Below are positions 53,351 to 64,000 of a stretch of 64,000 nucleotides of DNA, piece by piece. Position numbers and translations under genes: made by a program. The notes under the pieces were generated by a model. That model was not told the DNA's origin and searched no databases. It was given only the letters and a program-made list of their open reading frames with translations. How positions within the stretch are numbered: the first letter of the stretch is position 1; the number at the start of each line of letters is the position of its first letter. This stretch comes from Laetmonice hystrix (lineage: Eukaryota). Location of the stretch: assembly GCA_965235115.1 (NCBI GenBank), contig OZ249436.1:37264001-37328000 (forward strand), in the 5' to 3' direction.

Positions 53351-55795
53351 ATGATAACCTCAATAGGTGAATGGGATACCTGTGCCCATGGCACGTTGTC
53401 ACTAGTTAATAACGGTAATAGTTTCTATTATAAATTACAAGTAAAGGGTCTGACAAAATAGTAAAAAAATACTAATAAATAACTGCTGATAACGCAGCGC
53501 CTTTCATTGTAGGTTTGTGGACGCACTATACACGTTAGAGACCGAGGTATATAAGGGTGGTTGATTGGCACGAAGCTTTCCTCTGGTTTAACACAATGGT
53601 AAAGGCTACACCAAACTCTCAAATGATGCTACAGTAATTGAGTATCTGACACTCGTCATTTGATGACTCTCTGTGCAAAATAGTAGGTTTCGCTGCCGCC
53701 CTCGCCCCCGCACGCCTACATCAGGTGTGCAGATCCCATGCCTCATCATCTCGCCAAAAACACAGGCACAAATTATTTCTCAAACAGTATCAGCTGCTCT
53801 CGGGGAAATTCCGCCACGTCGGCCTTCCTGATGTAGTCAAATGTCAGACATTCGTGTGGGCTGGGGGTAACATTTCACCCCACCCATCACCCTCATTCCT
53901 GCCCCCTCCTCTGTCCTCCCCCTCCTCCTCCCTATCACTCTAACGGGTTCCACCCTGGCACCCACTCCGCCCCCTATCAGCAGCCACATCCACGCCAAAT
54001 ATCCTTCCAGCGGCCACAAGTCAATGGCAAATTGCCATGCAGCAGGAACCCGTCCAGCAGTTTACAAGGACAGTAATTTACCTCGATAGTACGTCAAAAC
54101 ATGCATCACTTAACAGGCCAGAATGAACACACAGACAAGCATAAATAAAGAAAGAAACGAAAGGAGGAAAAACAAAAGAAAGACAGAAAGAGTTGCCCTT
54201 TCATCCGATTGCTTCTTCCTATTAAAGCCATAGACATACCTACCTATAGCTAGTCCCAGTGCATCCTTTAGGACTCCCAAGAAACGACATGGATTTAACA
54301 TCCTCCCCAGATAGAAAAGCCGAGTTATCAGAGTGGGACAAGTTGACTGAAGTCCTCAAGAGTCTCTCCTTCTCTTGCCCCCCCCCCTCCAGGGTCAACC
54401 CCTGTGATTATGCTTGCCGGAAAGCGTATTTTCCGGTTTGCAGGGCAGTTATCTCGATAAGTGCGCCTCAGCGCATGCGCCTCGGTACCTGGGCCTGTTA
54501 TACGAGTGTTATTTATGACAATGAGGCTGCAGACCTTTCCGGTAGGCAGGTCGTGTGAAATACAACTAGAATCATGTCACTATTAACACGAGTAGATCCT
54601 TCTGTAACTTGCAACAGGACCATATATTCTCCGTGCGAGAAACAAAAAAGGTACGTATTTCTATTTCTTCAACTTATTTTTTGTCACCATCAATTGGATC
54701 CACAGGGGATCCTTGCCAGACACCTTTAATCAATTACTGAGGGACGCTAGGCTGGTGGACATGCATGTGTGTCTTAATCAAGAGGAGAATCGAAGACGCT
54801 CGGTAGGACAAACTACAACCCTGATTATAACTGCGCATCATGTCAGCAGTTGCCTATAATCATCGTGGTTGATTCAATGGTGTGCTTCGTCCCTGATTTT
54901 GCTCGGGGCCAGTACACCTACACCACATCAAAGCCACAGAATGAGAACAGAACGAGTGGTTTGGTGCATTTTCACCTGTACCTTGTACCAGTAGCTGCGG
55001 TCGCGAGTAGATGTATACGTCAATGCATGGAGCGAACCGTTCTTTGCGTTTGAGATGCTTCTTGGTATACAAGTACAGTCTGATTATAATAGTTATTGTA
55101 TATGGGGGTTCAATACGCAATTCAAGTTATAGAAGGGCGTCAACCTATAAAACAAAACCAGGATATATTTATCTTTATGGTGTCTGAAATGTGTTGTAGA
55201 TAGCATTTCTTGGGCTTTTATGACTGCACAGGTATTGGCTTTCAACCGGAATGAGTAGCAGTCGATTTTCATGGACAAAGAACCAGGCGGGTAAAGGCTA
55301 AAAACGTCTTTCATCAAGGGCTGAGCACTGTCACTGGCGACACTGGAGTAATGTATTATTACCAAGCTAATCCTCAGTGTGTGTCATAATACCTAAAGCC
55401 GTACCATTTTTACCCTTAGTCTCGATCCCCATTGAAAGAAAGGAAGAATTCCCCGCCCAACAACAAGTAAGCGAGAATAATGATGGACTGACTCGGATTT
55501 ATAAATCTATATTTGTATTCTTTATACAATATTAATTAATAAATTCATGTCTCATAATGACCGAGTTTGATCATATGATTTTGATCAAAGTCATTAGCCC
55601 CCCCCCCCCCCCCCCCACTGTCAAATCTCATCAACAAGAATTAGGCATCAATCATCCATGGCCATGCTATGCCTTGTAGTACAGGAGAGGCTCAACGCTT
55701 GCATTACCATGCAGTCATTTCTTCCCCTAATTTGATTAGATATGGGACAGTAGGAATGCTAATCTACGGTGTATTTTTTTCATGCCGGTGATATA

Positions 55796-56031
55796 CAGGG
55801 TGTCCCCAAAAAATGTCCATGGATGCCAAACTAGGCAACCTCAGAACCTATGTTCCGACATATCCTGATAGGGAATCTTCTAACATGAAAAACTGTCTTT
55901 AATTCATCAAAATCAGTCAAGCTAATCAAAGGTTATACCATTTTTGGTGGAGCTAAGTATTTGTCTCTTTTGACAGTGGCTAGTTCTAAGGTTGCCTGGT
56001 TTGGCGTGGACATTTTTTGGGTGACACCCTG
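55796..56031. mobile_element. Tc1/mariner-type MITE with TA TSD
   Basis: TA|CAGGGTGTCCCCAAAAAATGTCCA..GCCAAACTAGGCAACCTCAGAAC ... GTTCTAAGGTTGCCTGGTTTGGCGTGGACATTTTTTGGGTGACACCCTG|TA. Confidence 0.88.
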
Positions 56032-56707
56032 TATATCTCTGTTCATTCAGTCTGTTTTCCTTTAACACTTCGATGGCAAACTAACGGCACGAGACAGTAT
56101 GCTTGATGGTTAAAATTCGACACATTTTCTGGCCACATCTGTTCCTTCGTGACATGGGCGAGTTAAGTGACAAAGATGTGTTCCAGTTAGCACGCTGGAG
56201 GAGCCCACTGGAGGTGACACAGGATGGACGTCGTACTGCCTGTGGTTACCGGGACCAGCCGGCGCCAACCTCCAGCACGCTATGCAGCACCACAGTCAGC
56301 CACTCCGCAACCCGACTCTTCCATTATACCATAGATTTAGGCAAATGAGGCTTCTTCTTTTGAGCTATCTGACCCGCTAGTATTTTTTGGCCCACGACTG
56401 GTGTCATTTTCTCCTACTAGTCCCAAAATATGAAAATCAGGCATCTGGCATTATATTGTCCATAGGTATGGAAGCTATGCTTAGGTGTACCTTGAAAAAA
56501 AGGGACTTTCTCATGATCCTTTCAGAAAATGGCTTACTACCAGGTTCCTTATAAAGCCCCTGGTTTCAGATGATCGCTCCACTGTAAATGTGAAAGAAGA
56601 TTACATGCACTATCCAGAGAATGCAGAATTACTTTTCCTGAGCGTGTTCATTTCATTGGTACGAGGCACGAGGCGCTCAACTTTTTCTCAAGTTACTTGA
56701 AGATAAC

Positions 56708-57273
56708 TACGAAGCCCAAGGGTGCACAGGTGGGCAAAAAAATATGTTATTTCGTTCCCACGAAATGATTTCGAGGGAACGACATAATATATTTCGTTCC
56801 CACGAAATCATTTTGAAGGTAGATCATTTCGAGGGAACAAAATACGTTATTTCGTTCCCACGAAATGATTTCAAAGGAACGAAATAACTTATTTCATTAC
56901 CTCGAAATCATTTCGAGGGAATGAAATATCCTTCGCCATCATGGCACCATGATGGTCTCGGTTAGAAAATTGAAAGAAACTTGCATCTATAGATTCTACG
57001 GTACAAATAAAAGTTGTGTGTAATTATTGAAGTGTAACAGTTGATAATATGGTAGGAAGAACATTTGTGGTCATGGGACCTGAGTATGTACGTGTTTCCT
57101 TTAAATTTAATAGATTGGATTCCATTGTTTCTAAACCACCTGATCCTTCCTCCATGTTATTTCGTTCCCTTGGAATCATTTCGACGTAATGAAATAACAT
57201 ATGTTCCCCGAAATGATTTCGAGGGAGCGAAATATAGACTGTTTTACGCTTATGTCCCCTTAGGGCCTCCGTA
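56708..57273. mobile_element. Non-autonomous DNA element with subterminal palindromic TTTCGTTCCC.CGAAAT repeats
   Basis: Imperfect termini TACGAAGCCCAAGGGTG / TCCCCTTAGGGCCTCCGTA. Repeated TATTTCGTTCCCACGAAATGATTTCGAGGGAACGA units at 56745-56930 and 57155-57235. Confidence 0.65.
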
Positions 57274-58944
57274 CATAACAGAACACTTTGCCATAACGTT
57301 GGCTTGTATTACAGAAGCCATCTAACCTCCATGTGTCTCCGTCTATTCATGAAAGACCTTCTAGGCTTCTTGAATAATTTACCATTCCAATCAAACGTTG
57401 TACAGGTCTGGCATATTGTATAGAGTATAAAAACTTACGTGAATCCCGGGCGATAAGACCATATCTAGCACGTAAATACTGTGGAAATCCCATTGGCATA
57501 AATTCATAATGAGAACAGCGCTCATTTTATTGAAACTAGAAAGGGGAAAGATGCAGTGCCATTGCTACGGTTGTAAGATGACCCCCTTCCGTGTAATTAA
57601 ACGGACACAAAATAACATCCGGACAGCCACTTCGTTTCTGTGGCTCTGGAAAAATAGCTCAAATTTGAAAAAAAATGTATTCCGTTCCAACAAATGATCT
57701 GTTATGCAGGCGATTAGCTTTCTGAGAGCAAAGTCAAGTCAAATTCACATGGCGGGCTTCCAGACGCCTATCTGATTGGTTTGCGTCAAAAACTCCTATC
57801 CTTTACTCCGCCGGTGAAATAAGATTCCATAGAAAAACACGAGTTTGTCTGGGCATATGACATGAATACACTCGTGCCGAAACCATCAATATTCGCGACG
57901 TGACCAGTACGTATTGTGGATAATTCCGAAACAACAGTAAAATAAAGAAAAATTAATATTGTGAGCTATAGGTATACCTGCGGTTTGTTTTGGCTATTTC
58001 TTGTTAAGTTTCATCCAATTTATGACAAACACTGGACCTACACCATGAAGCACCATGACCATGTTCTAATCTAACATCATATGTATGTCGCATAGCCTCA
58101 AACAATATGGTGCAAAACGAGCGAGACAGACAGGACGGATATATTGAATTTCCCCGTCAATGCACTGCCTTATATAGTATACAGTTGCAGTGGGCTGTAC
58201 TTTCAGAATAGCACAGCGCCCAAGTTAGCTATGTCGATAGCTAATATGTATAATGTGTGCACCGTTGGCAGCAGAAAGCACGGTGTGGTAGGGCCCGTTT
58301 GAAGAGACCCCTCTGGCTGATATGATATCAAGGCATGGTCAGTGCTTGTCTGCAGGCCGGCTGGAAAGCAGACAGGCCGCCATCGCTATGGTCGCTTTTG
58401 GTATCACTCTATACGAACAGGGTCCAAACGAAGCGGTTTCGATAACGCATGTACAGAGTAGCGGCAAACGTTGACCAGAGCCAATTACAACGTATCCACG
58501 TCGATACATTTAATCCTACAGATCGATTCAATATACAACATTATAATCAATATGCAAATGTTTCCAAATTGTTAATGACACCTCGACTTCAAAACGTCTG
58601 TATTGCATAATAACAACGGCAGTGTTTCGTGAACACACCAATGTTTCCAAGTTAACCTTTAACAAACCGCGGCGAGTAATACTACATAGGCCTAAACTCT
58701 CTTTCGTTCTGACGAAATCCTGCCTTTCAAATCGTGTTATCGGTATAGGGATTACGTTTAGGCAGCGCTACGTACCGTCCTGTGGACCGAAGTAATAATC
58801 TTAACGTCACAAAATACAGCTCGTCGGGCGACCTATTCACCTTGATTGGCTTCAAGTTCAAGGGGTTGGCCAGTGTCTTTTCCAACCTCAGTTAACCCAT
58901 CATGCGTTGAGGCGCAAAAACTGAAAGGAATGTTGAAATTGCAA

Positions 58945-59027
58945 GGAGGAGAAGGGAGGGAGGAGGAGGAGGAGCTGGAGGAGGAGGAGGAGGAGGAGGA
59001 GGAGGAGGAGGAGGAGGAGGAGGAGGA

Positions 59028-59064
<37 letters not shown>
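58945..59064. repeat. (GAG)n-(CAG)11 compound trinucleotide microsatellite
   Basis: Directly visible. Confidence 0.95.
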
Positions 59065-59065
<1 letters not shown>

Positions 59066-62000
59066 GAAGGTATTAACACTATTATAATAAACATTACAGT
59101 ATCTCTAATTTACAAGCATTTACAATCTCCATGATTAATTTTGGGACACGCCCATGCATAGCCTATACATACATACACCACTATGTTTATGAAGAAGCGT
59201 ATCCGATTTGCAGACGACTATGTTGAATTTGCCGCATTTAAATCAATATTTCTCATGATTCAATAGGTGTGTTAGTTGCGTGTAGGCGTTAGAGTACCAC
59301 AGTTGGGTTTTTACAATGTAACCATGCAATTACTGGGATGTGAAGTTCGACACCGCCTCGTAACCGTTGGATAGAGACAGTTATTGTTATGCTAAGGATG
59401 ATACTGCCTAATGAAATTCTCTATTTCCTTTCATTGCTTGGCTGATCATGGTTCGACATCTTTCCTTAATTGGGCTCTCTGACGAGAAAGTTACTTCGGT
59501 TCATTAAAACTATTTAATCCGCCCTCCAACAAAAAAGAAATTGCCAGTTTCCAGAAAAAGAATGCTCCGAGAACGTTCGAGAAATCATGCTGAGAAACAC
59601 AGGAAAAATGGAAGGCACTGGTTTGTTCTATAATTTGTAAACTTTGGAAAGCCATATAGTGAACAAGGTATCTGAAAATAAGATACCTTTAATATTACGT
59701 TGATATTATTAATGGCATTACGTAGATGTTCCCTAACATTTAGCAGGTATTATTATGTACAGTGAAAAGTTTACTGAATGAAATGCTTCGCAAATTTTGC
59801 GCTAACAAAATTATTCTTCTGGTGTTTGAAAATCATTCGCGTTAATAGGCTATCATCAGCTGTATAAACTAAGATGTTTCAGGTGACAAAAGGTTCATTG
59901 ACTATTCCTTAGGGTATGGAAAGCAAATCACAATTCTACTTGCTTTCTTTCAAATATATTTAACTTAGGACTCTGTGTGTCTAGCATTAATACAGCCCCC
60001 TGATTGGAGCCAATCTTCACAGATACATCCAGTTAACATTCAGCGAATCACCGAGTAATACACTCAACATGTTCCAGGGTTTCCTGCACGCCCATTATTC
60101 AGCTACTCCCCCAAAAAAATTTCCAGGGGGAAATATTTTGCATTACTCCCCCCCCCCCCCAACTCGCACCATCCCCCCCCCCCCCAAAAAAAAAAAAAAA
60201 AAGTCGAATATCTCTTTGAAATTGGAGTGTGTTTTGGAGACTCCTAGATGTACTTGCCATGGGTCTACAGAAGGTACTTGCTAAAAATAAAATCAGCCAT
60301 TGCCCTTTTTTAATCTCTTGCCGGATTAAGTTGCCCATGGAACCTTTTACTTTATACTTGCGAGGGGAGCAGCCCTATTTCCGGTCCCAAAATAGAGGAG
60401 GGGAAAACACCCACACATGTGCGTACGACTACGTATACAAATACGTGGTAAGTTTGTCCAACATATTAGTGAAATTGGCACTTTTGGCACTGACAATATA
60501 GAGTGGACTCAGTCTCCAAGTCTGCAAACAGCCGGTCTAGGAGAAGTCCGCAGGGGATATGACGGTGTGCTAAATAAAGACTATTGCCTGATTGATTCCC
60601 TTCTCGCGTTTTTATGCGCGGCAGGAGTTGAGCGTATATCTCGCGAGAACCGATACGTCGCGAGAACGTCACGTTGGGTGACGCTGCCGCTGTCGGTTGG
60701 TGTCGGCATGGCTGGCACTGTGAGGAGCGATATGGGGGGGGGGCAAAGCTCCAGACAGACTTTTGACGGATCATACGTCTCAAGAATTCGAATCGATCAT
60801 CCCTATCAGCGTCTTCGAGCTGAGCATGACAGGTTTTATTGAGGTGGGAGATTGGGGTCTCCGGTGGTCGATTTGATCGGCAAAAAAAGACGCAGTAATA
60901 TGTCGATCGAACACTGAGGCAAATTTCTGCATAATGTGTAAGTATTATTAAGCACTCAATTTTGCTCTCTTTTTTATTAGTTTTTTTCATCAAACCTGCA
61001 TTAATAGTAAGCCCGGCGGCTATAATTAGTCCAAGGCTTCGTGAACGCCAAACTGTATCTTCACTTATTGATGATGCAATAGGCCTAGATCTACTCATTT
61101 TGTGGTTCGGTGCCGATTTCCCCTGCACAGGAATACTTCGTGCCTGTAAATTTCCAGCCGCCCCCCCCCCCTCCCCCTTCACCTGTGTTTGCATGATCAA
61201 TTTCATTTAAATGTATTTCGTGGGTCCACTTTATACTTTCGTATTTAAAAAAAACAACGCAAAACCAATGCCTCGTTCTGGGGAATTCAGGGATCCTTGG
61301 ACCTCAACAAAAGAACTTCGGGGGAAAAATTAGATCCATCACGTCGCTATCAAACCCTAACCCTAAAGCTACACTTTGCAAATTGCTGGATGTTATTGGA
61401 CCAAAGATGACACTTTGACAATAGCTTCACGTTCATTCTCAGCACTGCTGTCTACGCTGCCCCCCCCCCCCCCCGCCTCCGCCCCCTTCCCATTGTCCTT
61501 GCGACTGGCAGAGTTCGGTCGTGGACCTCTGCTGTTTACCTTTCACTTATTGAGGCGATATAATTGAAAGCCTGGTGGTGTGCTGGGTGGCTGGCATCTA
61601 ATCACCCGATTATTCACAATACCCCGTCTGAAGACGCTGTCTGCCCATATTGCTGCGACCTTGATGGTCAAACTACATTATAGTATTCATGAATGAATCA
61701 TGATTGTTCCGGCCTCTACGTCTAGGGAGTTATGTGGTTATTAATTTAAAGGCAGATATACTTATTTATGGGCTTCACCTAAAAATACAAATATTGAGAC
61801 TTTAATTTAACAAGTTTTTCCCCCGCAATGCCTGGATCTTTCTCTTTCTACTGTCGCTATCTTTAATATTAACCTCCTCCTTTGAAAAAAAGAAGTTATT
61901 TACAGCAGACGGTCGACAAGATGGAACAATAGCTTTGTTATTTCGAGACGCCGCTAACTCAGATGCTGGACTCGTGAACATTCCGGGATTACCTAAACAT

Positions 62001-63141
62001 AATGAGGGGGAACTTGAAATCGTTACACTGGTTCAAATGGCGTCCAAATGCGCGACAACAGGTCAGACGGAGAACGACTGACCAATTTATGATAATTTGT
62101 CCAGATTATATTTATCAGGGGGGAGATGTTCTCAGCTAAAAGGCACGTATTACCTATGATATCGTTTCTGTTTGACGTTGAAAGCGTTTGAGAAAGTATA
62201 GGCCTAGATAGGAAGGAATTGTCAACATTGGAAGCTGTTATATTGATTGGTTTAAATCTCTTCTTATGATAATTACCACCATGATAGGCGATGGAAGTCG
62301 TGATGATGACGACGTTAACAAAGTTATTTTTATCGTTTTTCCATGCTGAGAGACAGTCCACACTTTAGTACATGGCATGTCTGTCATACATCCATCAATG
62401 CATAACCTTTGTCTCGCGATAACGTGATTCTTTGTCAGCATTTTCCGCTGTATGATCAATGCGTCATGTGCTAAAATTCTCCTGTCGAAAACGACGAGTA
62501 TAGAATACAAGGTCTACAGATGCCGAACTGACGTGATTAGCCCCTTACATTCGCTTCACCTAAAAAGACACTTTGGTCTTAAGTGGCATGCACGGCAGGC
62601 AAAGGCTTACGCTTCCAAGGTGACCCTTCCCGCTGAGGACGTGCGAACGTACTGGCAGGCGGAGCCGGAGGAGAGAAGGAGCTGGTGCCAGGGTTCCAAT
62701 TGCACTAAGTTCCATATACGTGGACGTAAAATACATCATTGTAGAGACCTATACTGATTACGTTGAGATTAACGAGTCATTTAATCAATGGCAACATGTA
62801 CAAAGATTTATGACCGATACGAATAGAAAGGCGTGTACAGCCGTTGATAATCATAATAAATTTGTATGTGGACGTACCACAAGCATAGTACCGACGGAAT
62901 GATAATGCAACATAGTGGATTATAACGTATACAATATATATTAGCTACTTGGACTAAAATCAGAGAAAATGCACACCGGATGGCAAAACTACAGAAAATA
63001 TATTAGAATATAAACGACGTGCAGCACAAGGCTGTATAATGGTAACTGCTTGCAAACATATCCGGAAGTCTTAACCGTCGTACAGAAATACCACATCGGT
63101 GAAAATAAAAGTCTTCTATTAATATAGAACCCACTTGCTGA

Positions 63142-63502
63142 CAGGGTTTCCGCCAGAGGCTAAAATAGGTAAAATTCCGTACCCTAATTTTTTTCCAGGG
63201 TACGGATCCGTACCCTCAAAATCGTTGGGTAGTCTGGAGTTGGATAGCCCCCACCCCCCATAACACTGAAATTTTTCTCAACGGATTTGTATCGATCTCA
63301 AGAATGACCAAAATCACTTGAAAAAAATCAGAATTCCGCCATTCGGCGGAAGATTCTCATGCCTGTAAAAACTCCTGATGATGCCTCGAGCAATGGGGCC
63401 TGCGAGCGCATATATTTGGAATATAGATGGCAGCACTGGCGCTGGACCCCTCCTCTAGTCCGTACCCTAACGGCCTAATTTTATTTTCTGGCGGAAACCT
63501 TG
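63142..63502. mobile_element. MITE, CAGGGTTTCCGCCAGA TIR family, 5-bp TSD GCTGA
   Basis: Left CAGGGTTTCCGCCAGA, right TCTGGCGGAAACCTTG, GCTGA on both flanks. Shares the subterminal AATT(T)ATTTTCTGGCGG with 9227-9452. Confidence 0.85.
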
Positions 63503-64000
63503 GCTGAGGACGGTGGTCTGCCTTTTCATATATTTTCTTTAAGTTTATCGATACCAACAAAATCGGCTTGGTTAAGTTAACTCATGGCACGGCGGCACTT
63601 AGGCCTATCACTCGCTGGTTTCGTCATATTTCAGCAATTGTCTGTTTAAACCTTTGCGGATTTGAATGTTAGATGGACAGAATATCATGGATCGGGAAGG
63701 TCCCAACTGATAGATTTCCACCAGTTCTAATTATAACAGGAACGTTCTTTTCCAGTAGCCGAACCATGACCATAATTAAAACGTTACGACAACATGCTAT
63801 GACTAATGAGTAACTTACTTATAAGCCTTTCGGCAAAAGGTTATGTAATATTGAAGAGTATACGTAACGTCACACTCCCCCTCTTGTCTCATTGATATTG
63901 CATAGTCGACTACGTTATATAATACACGGCTTGGAGCTAAACCCAAGGTTGACGTCATTGCTCATTCAAAATTCTTTATCTTCTACTTCTAAGTTCTAGC

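Larger units (their letters stand above)
48066..53407 (+). mobile_element. Outer HINE-like (Helentron-associated non-autonomous) element, interrupted by a nested HINE
   Basis: 5' hairpin ATCCCATTCACCT-tct-AGGTGAATGGGAT (48074-48102). 3' subTIR AGGTGAATGGGATA (53365-53378) is a perfect inverse of 48073-48086, followed by palindrome GTGCC-cat-GGCAC and CTAGTT. The body resumes at ~52030 with (GTA)n, GATATCTCAATGAAACTTGG and TTTGACCTTTGACC. Confidence 0.8.

Noticed and set aside
58846..59094. PolyE-polyQ / polyL ORFs
   Set aside because: Trinucleotide repeat with no coding context or supported splice structure.
60466..61206. Longest ORF (246 aa, minus strand) as an HCN N-terminal exon
   Set aside because: No HCN-domain motifs such as NKLAMKLFG or IIHP.S.FR, it crosses homopolymer runs, and it ends in a stop rather than a phase-2 donor.

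Overview
Eukaryotic, intron-rich invertebrate genomic DNA; no prokaryotic operons, CRISPR arrays or rRNA/tRNA genes. The channel sequence and SINE type suggest a lophotrochozoan such as an annelid (inference only). The only well-supported coding content is four minus-strand exons of an HCN/Ih hyperpolarization-activated cyclic-nucleotide-gated channel: 27261-27098 (S1-S2), 16529-16362 (S2-S3 loop/S3), 15453-15356 (S4) and 1272-1123 (S5). They join in frame through canonical GT-AG introns of about 10.6, 0.9 and 14.1 kb. I found neither the upstream HCN-domain exon nor the pore/CNBD exons, so the window is probably all inside this gene. The introns hold a young tRNA-derived SINE with a 12-bp TSD, several MITE families (5-bp, 4-bp and TA TSDs), a near-perfect 1.82-kb tandem duplication, mini/microsatellites, and a 5.3-kb nest of Helentron-associated (HINE-like) elements carrying satellite arrays rich in CRE and E-box palindromes. 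The best leads are (i) four candidate frame-preserving microexons in the intron that splits the S4-S5 gating linker and (ii) the nested HINE/satellite block with 15 perfect CRE sites inside a cAMP-gated channel gene. I see no demonstrable new biological system. Almost all ORFs in the supplied track are spurious.
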